A DNA stretch of 49,639 nucleotides, taken from the NCBI GenBank assembly GCA_045632185.1, contig JAZQWF010000035.1, forward strand, positions 1 through 49,639. The letters are read 5' to 3'. Under the pieces are notes generated by a model. That model saw only the letters and a list, made by a program, of their open reading frames with translations, was not told where the DNA came from and searched no databases. The stretch comes from Eubacteriales bacterium (GTDB taxonomy: Bacteria > Bacillota > Clostridia > Oscillospirales > CAG-272). The position numbers and the translations under genes are program-made. Positions 18,576 through 28,571 of the stretch are shown here, in pieces; the stretch's first letter is position 1, and every line of letters starts with the position of its first letter.

Positions 18576-19469
18576 ATGAAAAAAAGAGCCATTCTATTTA
18601 TTATCATTGCGGGCGTTATGTGGGGCACGTCCGGACTTTTCTCCTACGTGTTCGGCCTTTATGGCTACACCGCCCTGCAAAAGACCGCCGTACGCGGCTC
18701 GGTCGCCTTTCTTTGTATGCTTGCTTTCGTGCTGATCCGCCGGCGCGAGGCGCTGCGTATCAAGCTCCGTGATCTGCCGCTTTACGCGGGCATCGGACTT
18801 TGCCTGTTCGGCGCGGCGGCCGCCTACTACGCCTCGATGGTGACCTCCTCGGTTGCCACCGCGGTGGTGCTGATGTATACCTCCCCCATCTACGTGCTGA
18901 TCTTTTCCGTGCTTTTCTTCGGCGAGCGCCTGACACCCATCAAGATCGTCGGCGTGGGCGGCATGCTGCTTGGCTGCTGCTTCGTTTCCGGCATCTTCGG
19001 CGGGTTTGAGGGAAATCTGATCGGCGTGCTGCTGGGGCTTCTCTCCGGCGTGTCCTACGGCGGGTACAGCATCCTTGCCAAGATCGCCATGCGCCGTGAT
19101 TGCGCACCGATGTCCACCACGCTCTACGGCTTTGCGGGAATGGCGATCATCGCCGTTTGCACCTGCCAGCCCGCAGGCATCATTCCCAATATGATGAAGG
19201 ATCCCGCGCTGCTGATCCCGCTTTCCGTGGGACTTGGCGTGATCACCTACGTCATTCCCTATTTCCTTTACACCCTTGGTCTGCGCGATCTGCCCGCCGG
19301 CACCGCCGCAGCCCTTGGTATCATGGAGCCGATGGCCGCCACGCTGTTCAGTCTGCTTCTTCCCGACCAGAACTTTACCGTGCTTTCCGTCATCGGCATC
19401 GTGCTGATCCTTGGCTGCGTGCTGTTGCTCAGCCGTCCCGAGCCGGAAGCGCAAGCGGAAAACGAATAA
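18576..19469 (+). CDS. DMT/EamA family transporter
   Basis: About 10 TM helices, two EamA repeats (VLMYTSP, GIMEPMAATL). Confidence 0.9.
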   Translation: MKKRAILFIIIAGVMWGTSGLFSYVFGLYGYTALQKTAVRGSVAFLCMLAFVLIRRREALRIKLRDLPLYAGIGLCLFGAAAAYYASMVTSSVATAVVLMYTSPIYVLIFSVLFFGERLTPIKIVGVGGMLLGCCFVSGIFGGFEGNLIGVLLGLLSGVSYGGYSILAKIAMRRDCAPMSTTLYGFAGMAIIAVCTCQPAGIIPNMMKDPALLIPLSVGLGVITYVIPYFLYTLGLRDLPAGTAAALGIMEPMAATLFSLLLPDQNFTVLSVIGIVLILGCVLLLSRPEPEAQAENE

Positions 19470-19495
19470 AAATTCCTCAAAAAAGGGGTACGTAT

Positions 19496-20830
19496 ATGAA
19501 TAACATGATCAAAGCAGTGGAAAAGCACCGCGATCTGATCCTTGCCGCCGAGCGCTACGTCTGGGCAAATCCAGAAACCGGCTACAAGGAATTCAAGACC
19601 TCTGCATATCTTGCGGAGCAGTTTGAAAAGCTGGGCTATACGCTGATCTATCCCGAGAACCTGACCGGCTTCACCGCTGAGGTGGATACGGGCAAAGAGG
19701 GCCCCACCCTGCTTATTATGGGCGAGATGGACTCGATCATCTGCCCCTCTCACCCCGAGTGCGATCCCAAGACAGGCGCGGTACATTCCTGCGGCCACAA
19801 CACGCAATGCGCAAGTCTGCTCGGCGTAGCGGCGGCGCTGAGCGAGCCGGGTATTCTGGACGGGCTTTGCGGCAAGATCCGCCTTTGCGCGGTGCCTGCT
19901 GAGGAGCTTTTGGAGATCGACTATCGCTTAGGCCTTATCAAGGAAGGCAAGATCAAGTATCTGGGCGGCAAGCCCGAGTTCCTTTCCCGCGGCCTTTTTG
20001 ACGGCGTGGATATGGCGATGATGATCCATACCACCGGCACCCCCTTCAACTTTATCGACGGTGGCAGCGTCGGCTGCATTGCCAAGAAGATCATCTACAC
20101 GGGCACACCCTCGCACGCGGCATCCCCCTGGAACGGTCACAACGCGCTTTACGCCGCGACCTGTGGCCTCAACGCCGTGAACGCGGTGCGCGAAACCTTC
20201 TATAATCAGGATCTGATCCGCGTGCATCCGATCGTCACGCACGGCGGTGATATGGTAAACGCCATTCCCGCAAACGTGGTGCTGGAAAGCTATGTGCGCG
20301 GCGCCTCCTTCCGGGCGATCGCCAAGGCCAACAAGCAGGTCAACCGCGCCTTTACGGGTGCGGCGCTCTCGCTGGATACGAACGTGGAGATCATCGATAT
20401 CCCCGGCTACGCCCCCTTCGTCAACGACGACAATATGTGGAAGGTCTGCGTGCAGGCCGCCAAGGAAATTTTGCCCGAGGTTGAGATGAAGGAGATCCGC
20501 GAGATGAGCACAGGCAGCACCGACATGGGCGACCTTTCCCGCATCATGCCCACTGTACAGCCCTATGCGTGCGGTGCCACGGGCACTTTCCACGGCAACA
20601 ACTTCTATATCACCGATCCCGAGCGCGCCGCAGTGGATGCGGCCAAATGGCAGCTGGGTATGGCAAAGCTTCTGCTGGAAAATGGTGCAGCTCGCGCCAA
20701 GCAGGCAATTGCCGAGTTCAAGCCCGAGTTCCCCACAAAGCAAGCTTATCTTGACTATATGGATAGTCTGAACACCTCCGGCAAACGCATCAGCGCGCTG
20801 GACGAGGACACGCTTGCGGTGAAGATCTAA
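19496..20830 (+). CDS. M20 family amidohydrolase (copy 1)
   Basis: NPETGYKEFKT, HSCGH, VPAEE, GSTDMGD; start ATG 19496. Confidence 0.9.
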   Translation: MNNMIKAVEKHRDLILAAERYVWANPETGYKEFKTSAYLAEQFEKLGYTLIYPENLTGFTAEVDTGKEGPTLLIMGEMDSIICPSHPECDPKTGAVHSCGHNTQCASLLGVAAALSEPGILDGLCGKIRLCAVPAEELLEIDYRLGLIKEGKIKYLGGKPEFLSRGLFDGVDMAMMIHTTGTPFNFIDGGSVGCIAKKIIYTGTPSHAASPWNGHNALYAATCGLNAVNAVRETFYNQDLIRVHPIVTHGGDMVNAIPANVVLESYVRGASFRAIAKANKQVNRAFTGAALSLDTNVEIIDIPGYAPFVNDDNMWKVCVQAAKEILPEVEMKEIREMSTGSTDMGDLSRIMPTVQPYACGATGTFHGNNFYITDPERAAVDAAKWQLGMAKLLLENGAARAKQAIAEFKPEFPTKQAYLDYMDSLNTSGKRISALDEDTLAVKI

Positions 20831-20892
20831 AAGGCAAGTAGGCAATATTTTCTAATTTTAAAACGATATTTTCCAGAAAAGGAGAATGAGCG

Positions 20893-22224
20893 ATGCAAAA
20901 TATTACAAAAGCGGTGGATAAGCACCGCAAATTGATCCTGGACGCCGAGCGTTACATGTGGGCGAACCCCGAAACGGGCTACAAGGAATTCAAGACCTCC
21001 GCCTATATGGCAGAGCAATTTGAAAAGCTTGGTTATCAGCTCACCTATGCCGAAGGTATCACGGGCTTTACCACTGAGATCGATACGGGACGCGAGGGTC
21101 CCACCCTGCTGATCATGGCAGAACTGGACTCGATCATCTGCCCCTCCCACCCCGAGTGCAATCCCGAAACGGGCGCGGTACACTCCTGCGGCCACCACGC
21201 ACAATGCGCGGCTCTGCTGGGCATCGCAGCGGCATTGAAGGAGCCCGGCATACTGGACGCGCTTTGCGGCAAGATCCGTCTTTGCACAGTACCTGCCGAG
21301 GAGCTGCTTGAAATCGACTTCCGCACAAAGCTGCGCGAGCAAGGCGTCATCAAATATATGGGCGGCAAATCCGAGTTCCTGCATCGCGGCCTTTTCGACG
21401 GCGTGGATCTTTGCTTCCTGTTCCACACGGGCGGCCAAAGCTACGTGAACGAGGGCGCGGTCGGCTGCATCGCCAAAAAGATCATTTACAAGGGCAAGGC
21501 GGCACACGCCGGCGGCTCGCCCTGGAACGGCAACAACGCGCTTTACGCCGCGACCTGCGGTCTGAACGCCGTCAACGCCCTGCGCGAGACCTTTAAGGAT
21601 AGCCAGCTGATCCGTGTGCATCCCATCATCACGCACGGCGGCGATATGGTCAACGCTATCCCTGAGCGCGTGGAACTGGAAAGCTACGTACGCGGCAAGA
21701 CCTTTGCAGCCATCTCTGAGGTCAATGAGCGCGTCAACCGCGCCTTCACAGGCGCTGCCATCTCGCTTGGCACAAACATTGAGATCGTGGATATCCCCGG
21801 CTATGCACCCCTTTACAACTCCAAGGGAATGATGGAGGCGTGCGTGGAGGCCGTTCACGCGATCCTGCCCGATCACCAGCTTGCAGACTTCCCCTTCGGC
21901 TCGGGTAGCACGGATATGGGCGACCTTTCCTGCATTATGCCTGTGGTACACCCCCACGTGGCGGGCTCTGCCGGCATCGGGCACGGCAATAACTATCAGA
22001 TCGTAGATCCCGAAATGGCATGCGTCGGCTCTGCCAAGTGGCAGCTCGCGCTGGCCAAGCTCCTGCTTGAAAACGGCGCGGCACGCGCCAAGCAGATCAT
22101 CGCGGACTTCAAGCCGCCCTTTGCCTCTGCCAAGGAGTATCTGGATTATATGGACTCGCTGAACTGCTCCGGCAACCGCGTGGAGTACCACGAGGACGGC
22201 ACGGCAAGCGCGAAGCTTTATTAA
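20893..22224 (+). CDS. M20 family amidohydrolase (copy 2, tandem paralogue)
   Basis: Same motifs; collinear with and highly similar to 19496-20830. Confidence 0.9.
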   Translation: MQNITKAVDKHRKLILDAERYMWANPETGYKEFKTSAYMAEQFEKLGYQLTYAEGITGFTTEIDTGREGPTLLIMAELDSIICPSHPECNPETGAVHSCGHHAQCAALLGIAAALKEPGILDALCGKIRLCTVPAEELLEIDFRTKLREQGVIKYMGGKSEFLHRGLFDGVDLCFLFHTGGQSYVNEGAVGCIAKKIIYKGKAAHAGGSPWNGNNALYAATCGLNAVNALRETFKDSQLIRVHPIITHGGDMVNAIPERVELESYVRGKTFAAISEVNERVNRAFTGAAISLGTNIEIVDIPGYAPLYNSKGMMEACVEAVHAILPDHQLADFPFGSGSTDMGDLSCIMPVVHPHVAGSAGIGHGNNYQIVDPEMACVGSAKWQLALAKLLLENGAARAKQIIADFKPPFASAKEYLDYMDSLNCSGNRVEYHEDGTASAKLY

Positions 22225-22255
22225 AAAATAAGAGCGAGCGGATTTCCGCTCGCTC

Positions 22256-22432
22256 TTATTTTTTTATTTGATCCTTATGCACCAAAACATATTCTGCATT
22301 TTTGATCAGAACGCCCTCTTTTGTTGCCACAAGTTCAATTTGATCGCCAAATCCATAACGGCGGCGAAACTCCATCGGAATGACGATTCTGCCAAGCTTA
22401 TCAATTTCTTTTAAGATACCTACCTGATCCAT
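22256..22432 (-). CDS. AbrB/MazE/SpoVT family DNA-binding protein (58 aa, below the ORF-track cutoff)
   Basis: Manual translation MDQVGILKEIDKLGRIVIPMEFRRRYGFGDQIELVATKEGVLIKNAEYVLVHKDQIKK; AGGAG RBS; hairpin terminator at ~22229-22260. Confidence 0.85.
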   Translation of the reverse strand: MDQVGILKEIDKLGRIVIPMEFRRRYGFGDQIELVATKEGVLIKNAEYVLVHKDQIKK

Positions 22433-22539
22433 TTTCTGTTCTTTTCTCCTTTATTTCTTGATTTTCTTATCTTTAACACAATTATAAAACAAAAAAATGT
22501 TAAAGTCAAGTAAATTCTTAATATTAACACAGAGGTTAT

Positions 22540-22782
22540 ATGAAAATTTACGACTTTAACGGTAGCAAAAATATATGTGGCAAGCGCATTAAAGAAGCAA
22601 GACAGCGCTTGAAGCTCACCCAAGAGGCACTTGCCGCCAGATTGCAGGTTGAGGGGATCAATATTGAACGCGACAGCATCAGCAGAATTGAGATCGGCAC
22701 GCGTTTCGTTGCCGACTTTGAGCTTTTGGTGCTGTGCAAGGTACTGGGAACAACCCCCGCCCATCTTTTGGGATTAGAATAA
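22540..22782 (+). CDS. XRE family helix-turn-helix regulator
   Basis: GKRIKEAR..LKLTQEALA...ISRIEIGTRFV. Confidence 0.9.
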   Translation: MKIYDFNGSKNICGKRIKEARQRLKLTQEALAARLQVEGINIERDSISRIEIGTRFVADFELLVLCKVLGTTPAHLLGLE

Positions 22783-22899
22783 CACAACCCCGCCGACACG
22801 TGTCGGCGGGTTTTTGTTCGAATTGTTGACTTTTTCGGTGAAGTGTGCTATACTGGTATTATCCTCCATACTTGCGATATGCGCGGAAAGGACTTTCCC

Positions 22900-23328
22900 A
22901 TGAAAAAACTTTTATCCTTTGTATTGGCAATTTACTTGATCGCCGCTTGCCTGCTCACCTTTGTTTCCTGCGGCAAAAACAGCGAGCTTGTCGGCACCTA
23001 CGAAATGTCCAGTATTTCCGGTTTAATGTCCTACAACGGACAAACGATCGAGCTGGACGAGGATCTTTACGAATATTATCGCATCACGCTCAAACGAAAC
23101 GGCAGCTGCAAGATCGAATCCAAGGCAGCGGACTCCTCCTCTAAAATCGAACAGGAGGGCACCTGGGAATATTTCGAGGAAAGCGGCATTCTCGCGATCA
23201 AAAGCGAGGATAACGGCGTCACCGTCATCGAAGAAATGAAATGGAAGGACGGAATTATCACCTACGACGTTGAACAAACCGTATCCAGCGCCAAAATCAA
23301 AATGAGATTAAAGCTGAAAAAGCAATAA
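22900..23328 (+). CDS. Putative lipoprotein (beta-rich, lipocalin-like start LVGTYEM)
   Basis: MKK + hydrophobic core + FVSC lipobox. Confidence 0.75.
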   Translation: MKKLLSFVLAIYLIAACLLTFVSCGKNSELVGTYEMSSISGLMSYNGQTIELDEDLYEYYRITLKRNGSCKIESKAADSSSKIEQEGTWEYFEESGILAIKSEDNGVTVIEEMKWKDGIITYDVEQTVSSAKIKMRLKLKKQ

Positions 23329-23333
23329 TCGCC

Positions 23334-23374
23334 AAAACACCCCCGCTGACAAATACATCAGCGGGGGTGTTTTT
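23334..23374. terminator. Bidirectional intrinsic terminator
   Basis: AAAACACCCCCGCTGA-loop-TCAGCGGGGGTGTTTT. Confidence 0.85.
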
Positions 23375-23377
23375 ACT

Positions 23378-24757
23378 TTATTTTGCAATCTCAGGCAGAG
23401 ATGCTGCAGCGACGGACTGGCCGACGCGGCGGCTGCTTTCATCGGGAATATGAAGCTGGATCTTCTCGTTCAGCTCGGGGAATTCCTTTTCCAGAACCTC
23501 CTTGGCGCGGTCAAGCAGGATCACGCCGCCCTCGCCGGAGGTCACGCGGCCCATGATCAGCACGTGCTTGATATCATAGAACAAGGAGTAGTACGCGATC
23601 GTATAACCAAAGTACGCACCGATGGTGTCGTAGATCTTGGCTGCGCGCTCGTCACCCTCGGCCATCAGCTTCTGCACGACCTTCAATTTCTCTGCGGGAG
23701 AAAGCGCCTCGTCAAGCTCGATGCCTGCGGCGGGAGCCAGCTTGATCACGGCGTCCTGCGAGAAATACTTGACACCACAGCCGTAGTCGCCCGACCACTC
23801 GTCTACCATTGCGTTACGGGAGAAATCGCAGGGCACGAAAGCAAGCTCGTTGAGCCAGCCGGTGATGTTACCGACGCCGTCCACGTAGCCGCCTGCCTCG
23901 CTGGTACCCATCGCAATGCCAAGCACGTTGTTATCGTTCAGATCCATCGCACCTGCAAGCGCGGTCACGTCACCGTCATTGGCAACCTCCAACGGCACGT
24001 CGCCAAACTCCTTGGCAACGTCAATATACATGGTCTTGCACTTCTTCTCAAAGTCCTCTTTACCGACTTTCAGGAAAAGGGACGCAACCATGATGCGGTT
24101 ATCCACGTACACGCCTGCGGAGGACACGCCGATGCCGTCCACGCGGGGCATATGGGAAGCCGCGGTCTTCATCGCGGAAAGGATACCGTCATAGTGGTAA
24201 TCGGGATCCGAGTTGGTCTTGGGGAACCAAACGACCTCCTCGCTGTACACGCACTTACCGTCGATCACGGCACTGACCTTACGGTCGGATCCGCCCGCAT
24301 CAAAGCCGATGCGGCAGCCGTCCAGATGGCGGCCGACGGGCGTTGCGCTCTCGCTGGTAACAGGGGCGTTCTCAATATCGCGGTACTCCACGGTCACGGT
24401 GGTTTCATACACACCGCCCATGAACTCGTAATCAAACGCACGTGCGCCCATGGGGCTGTACGCCAGCGCCAGCTTATCGGCAACGGGCTTCGAGCCGGCA
24501 ATGATGATCTTATGACCGCCGCGCACCCACAAAAGCGACTTTACAAGGCGCTCAACGAACTCATAGTTCTCCTCGTCATGGCCCGTACCGTCCTTGTAGA
24601 TCACGGTTTCAAACGCGCTGACGTAGCCCTTGTTGCGCTCGATACCGATCACCAGGCGCTGACCGCCTGCGGCCTTTGCCGCCTCGGTGAACTCGCGGTA
24701 GACTAACATCATAGGGGTAAATTCTTTATCCAGGATCGCTTCAACTTTAAGCTTCAT
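23378..24757 (-). CDS. ROK family protein with N-terminal extension
   Basis: GFDAGGSDRK, GIGVSSAG, EVANDGDVTALA, GIAMGTS; overlaps the nagA stop. Confidence 0.8.
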   Translation of the reverse strand: MKLKVEAILDKEFTPMMLVYREFTEAAKAAGGQRLVIGIERNKGYVSAFETVIYKDGTGHDEENYEFVERLVKSLLWVRGGHKIIIAGSKPVADKLALAYSPMGARAFDYEFMGGVYETTVTVEYRDIENAPVTSESATPVGRHLDGCRIGFDAGGSDRKVSAVIDGKCVYSEEVVWFPKTNSDPDYHYDGILSAMKTAASHMPRVDGIGVSSAGVYVDNRIMVASLFLKVGKEDFEKKCKTMYIDVAKEFGDVPLEVANDGDVTALAGAMDLNDNNVLGIAMGTSEAGGYVDGVGNITGWLNELAFVPCDFSRNAMVDEWSGDYGCGVKYFSQDAVIKLAPAAGIELDEALSPAEKLKVVQKLMAEGDERAAKIYDTIGAYFGYTIAYYSLFYDIKHVLIMGRVTSGEGGVILLDRAKEVLEKEFPELNEKIQLHIPDESSRRVGQSVAAASLPEIAK

Positions 24758-25886
24758 ATCTTACTTCTCCTTGCATGATCGTTTTCTTGATATCAAAATT
24801 CATATCGGTCAGGATAAGATCGGCGTCCTTGCCCACCTCGATCGAGCCCTTGGTGTCACCCATGCCGATGGCATTGGCGGGGTTCAGGGAGGCAGCCGCC
24901 ACGACCTCGTAAAGCGGCAGACCGCTATACGCGTAGAAATTCTTTACGGCGTTGTTCAGTTTGAGCACGCTGCCCGCGATCGTACCGTCCTCCAAAAGGC
25001 ACTGAATGCCCTTTACGATGATCTTCTGACCGCCCAGCGTATACTCACCGTCCGGCATACCGCCCGCACGCGTGCAGTCGGTGATCAGGATCAGCTTGTC
25101 CCCCTTGCACTTGGCCACAAGCGCATAAAGTCCCGTATGTACGTGGAAGGTATCTGCGATCAGCTCGGCATACGCGTTGCTTGCCAGCGCCGCGCCGACC
25201 ACGCCGGGCTTGCGGTGGTGCAGAGCCGTTTGCGCGTTGAACAGGTGCGTGACCTGCGTAGCGCCTGCGGAAACAGCTTGCATCGTCTGCTCAAAGGTGG
25301 CGTCGGTGTGACCGACAGACACGCGAACGTCGCTTCGCTTCGTGATCTTTTCAATGGCCTCAAAGCCACCCTCGACCTCAGGGGCGATGGTGCAAAGCTT
25401 GATGATATCCTTGTGCTTCAAAATGAAATCGGCGTCGGGCTTTTTGATATGCTCGGCCGCCTGTGCGCCCTTCTTGCTCTCGTTGATAAAGGGACCCTCG
25501 GCGTTCACGCCTGCAAGGTAAGCGCCCTTCCAGGTCTTGCTTTCCTGCTGCAAAGAACGTACCACGTCCAGCGCCTTTTCGATCTCCTCGATCGACACCG
25601 TCATAGTCGTGGGCAGGAAGGTGGTAACACCGTTTTCCATCACGCCCTCGGCCATTTTACGGATACCGTCGGCAACACCGTCCGAGGCGTCCTCGCCAAG
25701 ATAGCCGTGGATATGCACGTCCACAAGACCGGGGGCCACATAGCAGCCCGTGCCGTCAATGATCTCGGCATCGGCGGGGATCTCTTTCTCGTCCACGATG
25801 CCTATTATTTTTTCTTCAAACAAAAGTGCCTTGCCAATGGCGACCTCGCGCGGCAGAATGATCTGTGCGCCCTTGATACATTTCAT
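24747..25886 (-). CDS. nagA: N-acetylglucosamine-6-phosphate deacetylase
   Basis: PGLVDVHIHG, EGPFIN..KKGA, TIAPE, GHTDA, THLFNA, LITD, IAGS. Confidence 0.95.
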   Translation of the reverse strand: MKCIKGAQIILPREVAIGKALLFEEKIIGIVDEKEIPADAEIIDGTGCYVAPGLVDVHIHGYLGEDASDGVADGIRKMAEGVMENGVTTFLPTTMTVSIEEIEKALDVVRSLQQESKTWKGAYLAGVNAEGPFINESKKGAQAAEHIKKPDADFILKHKDIIKLCTIAPEVEGGFEAIEKITKRSDVRVSVGHTDATFEQTMQAVSAGATQVTHLFNAQTALHHRKPGVVGAALASNAYAELIADTFHVHTGLYALVAKCKGDKLILITDCTRAGGMPDGEYTLGGQKIIVKGIQCLLEDGTIAGSVLKLNNAVKNFYAYSGLPLYEVVAAASLNPANAIGMGDTKGSIEVGKDADLILTDMNFDIKKTIMQGEVRYEA

Positions 25887-26056
25887 GGCAATACCCCCCT
25901 TATAGTTATATTCAACTACATTATATCATATCCAAAACAAAAGTAAATTGAAAATCGGCTACAAAAAATTTGATTTTGGACATTCAAAAATTCCCGTTTA
26001 CTTTTCCCGTTTTTTGTGCTATACTATATGCAGAAAAACCACACGGAGGATCACTT

Positions 26057-27010
26057 ATGTATTACATCGGCGTAGATCTTGGCGGCACGAACATTGCCGT
26101 CGGCATCACGGACGGAAACGGCAACATTCTGGTAAAGGGCAAGGTTCCCACGAAAAAGGAGCGCCACAGCGACGAGATCGTGGCGGACATGGGCGCACTT
26201 TGCACCTCCCTTGTAAAGGAAGCAGGCCTCACCTTTGATGATATCGCGTATGCGGGCGTAGCGGCGCCCGGCTCGGTCGATCCCGCAAACGGAGAGATCA
26301 AGTACGCCAACAACATCAACATGTTCCACTATCCGCTTGCCAAGAAGCTGATGGAGCATATCCCCGTCAAAAAGGTATATCTGGAAAACGACGCCAACGC
26401 GGCAGCCCTGGCCGAGGCCAAGGCGGGTGCAGGCAAGGGCTATAATGACGTTATCATGATCACACTCGGCACGGGCGTGGGCGGCGGCATCGTCATCGGC
26501 GGCAAGCTGTACTCCGGCTTCAACTATGCGGGCGCGGAGCTTGGCCACGTGGTGATCGAATACAACGGACGCCCCTGCACCTGCGGACGCAAGGGCTGCT
26601 GGGAGGCATACAGCTCTGCCACGGCACTGATCACGATGACCAAGGAGAAAATGGACGAAACCCGCGATACCGTGATGTGGGAGCTGTGCGAGAACGGCGC
26701 CAAGAAGGTGAGCGGACGCACGGCATTCAAGGCGGCTAAGATGGGTGACAAGGCAGGCCTTGAAGTGGTGGAAAAATACATCGATTATCTCGCCTGCGGC
26801 ATCACGAACATGGTCAACATCTTCCAGCCCGAGGTGCTTTGCATCGGCGGCGGCGTGTGCGGCGAGGGCGATTACCTGCTGGATCCGCTGAAAAAGATCG
26901 TGGACCGCGACCAGTACGGCTCGGCGGCACACGACGACAAAACGGTTTTGAAAATCGCAGAGCTGGGCAACGACGCAGGCATCATCGGTGCCGCGCTGCT
27001 TGGCATCTGA
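26057..27010 (+). CDS. ROK family sugar kinase (glucokinase/GlcNAc kinase-like)
   Basis: GVDLGGTN, LENDANAAALAE, TLGTGVGGG, ELGH, CTCGRKGCWE. Confidence 0.92.
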   Translation: MYYIGVDLGGTNIAVGITDGNGNILVKGKVPTKKERHSDEIVADMGALCTSLVKEAGLTFDDIAYAGVAAPGSVDPANGEIKYANNINMFHYPLAKKLMEHIPVKKVYLENDANAAALAEAKAGAGKGYNDVIMITLGTGVGGGIVIGGKLYSGFNYAGAELGHVVIEYNGRPCTCGRKGCWEAYSSATALITMTKEKMDETRDTVMWELCENGAKKVSGRTAFKAAKMGDKAGLEVVEKYIDYLACGITNMVNIFQPEVLCIGGGVCGEGDYLLDPLKKIVDRDQYGSAAHDDKTVLKIAELGNDAGIIGAALLGI

Positions 27011-27106
27011 AACACAGCAAAAGCCCCCGTTGAGGGGCTTTTTGCTTTTCCGTGCGATCAGTAACGCCTCTTTTTTCTTTCTTGCCCGGAATATCCGCAT
27101 TATTTC

Positions 27107-27150
27107 TTGACTTGCCACACAAAGTGTGCTATGATTAACGTAATACGTTA
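27107..27150 (+). promoter_or_regulatory. sigmaA promoter with palindromic operator
   Basis: TTGACT-N17-TATGAT followed immediately by TAACGTA-A-TACGTTA (27136-27150). Confidence 0.65.
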
Positions 27151-27167
27151 TCTTTCAGGAGGCAAAT

Positions 27168-28085
27168 ATGAAAATAGCAACCACCATCGGTGAAATGTAC
27201 GCGTTCACCTCCTCACCTGCCGAGGCCGTCCGTCAATACGAGGGAACGGGCTTCAAATATCTGGATTACAGCTTTTACACGGTGCTGCGCCCGGGCGATC
27301 CCTTCATGGGTGATGGCTGGAAGGACGTCGTGTTGCAGGCAAAGGAAAGTGCAGATCAGCTCGGCTTTCAGTTCGTGCAGGCGCACGCCCCCTGCTGCGA
27401 GGTCATCGGCGGCGATACCGAGCGCGAGTTGGAGGCAACGCTGCGCTCGATCGAGGCGTGCGGCATGCTTGGCATCAAGAATATGGTCATTCATTCTGCA
27501 AGCGTGCCCGAATACCGATACCCCGATGACGCGAAGGCGTATTTCAAGGCAAACGAGCCCTTTTTCAGAGCCTTGATCCCCGCAATGGAGAAGCACGGGG
27601 TAAGTATTCTTTTTGAAAACACCACCATCAAGCACTGCGGTGACGGCAAGTATTTCCCCATTTATGCACGCGATCTCAATGGATTTGTAGAGCATATGAA
27701 CCACCCCCTTTTCGGTGCTGCCTGGGACGTGGGACACGCCCACATGGACGACATTGATCACGAAACCGAGATCATGGAGCTGGGCAAGAATTTGCGCGCC
27801 ATTCATGTGCACGACAACGACGGCAGACGGGATATGCACACCGCCCCCTTCCTTGGCACGCTGAATTATGACTCCCTGATGCGCGGACTGATCCGTTCGG
27901 GCTTTGACGGCTATTTCACACTGGAAGCCGACGGATTTTTCAAATACGTCAGAAGCGCAACGAGAATGGCTGAGCCGAACGGCCGACTGGCACACCCCAC
28001 GCTTGAAATCAAGCGTCAGTCGCTCTCCCTGCTCTATACCATCGCCAAAGCAATTCTTTCGGAGTACGGCGTATTTGAGGAATAA
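27168..28085 (+). CDS. Sugar phosphate isomerase/epimerase (xylose isomerase-like TIM barrel)
   Basis: QAHAP, VIH, LFENT, WDVGHA, IHVHDNDG..DMH..P..G, FTLE. Confidence 0.88.
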   Translation: MKIATTIGEMYAFTSSPAEAVRQYEGTGFKYLDYSFYTVLRPGDPFMGDGWKDVVLQAKESADQLGFQFVQAHAPCCEVIGGDTERELEATLRSIEACGMLGIKNMVIHSASVPEYRYPDDAKAYFKANEPFFRALIPAMEKHGVSILFENTTIKHCGDGKYFPIYARDLNGFVEHMNHPLFGAAWDVGHAHMDDIDHETEIMELGKNLRAIHVHDNDGRRDMHTAPFLGTLNYDSLMRGLIRSGFDGYFTLEADGFFKYVRSATRMAEPNGRLAHPTLEIKRQSLSLLYTIAKAILSEYGVFEE

Positions 28086-28115
28086 AACGCGCAACACAGA
28101 AAGGAGCATTTCAAC

Positions 28116-28571
28116 ATGATCAAAATCACGAATTATCAGGACCTGAAAAAGTATTTCAACGTACCGAATGCGGCGCTCGCCTTCCTTGCCGCGATCGCCG
28201 AGAGCACGACAAACGGCAAATACCCCTTCGGCGCGGATTGCTTCATCAACGTGATGGACTGCACCACGCGCGAGGAGCTTGCCGATATGGAGGCGCACGA
28301 CGTTTACGTGGACGTACAATGTCTGTTCACGGGCGAGGAGCGCATCTATTACAAAAATCGCGAGGGCCTGACCGTAACGAAGCCGATGGACGGCACCAAG
28401 GACGTGGGCTTTTTCGCCTACGCGCCCTCGGAATACGTGGATTATAAGGCAGGCGAGTGCGTGGTGCTTTATCCCGAGGACGCACACCTGCCCGGCCGCG
28501 CGGTAACCGCTTCTCTCACCGTCAAAAAGGCCGTAATGAAGCTGAACTGCGCGAAGCTCCGCAAGGCATGA
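28116..28571 (+). CDS. YhcH/YjgK/YiaL (NanQ-like) family protein
   Basis: EAHDVYVDVQ..FTGEE, DVGF, LYPEDAHLP, VKKAVMK. Confidence 0.88.
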   Translation: MIKITNYQDLKKYFNVPNAALAFLAAIAESTTNGKYPFGADCFINVMDCTTREELADMEAHDVYVDVQCLFTGEERIYYKNREGLTVTKPMDGTKDVGFFAYAPSEYVDYKAGECVVLYPEDAHLPGRAVTASLTVKKAVMKLNCAKLRKA

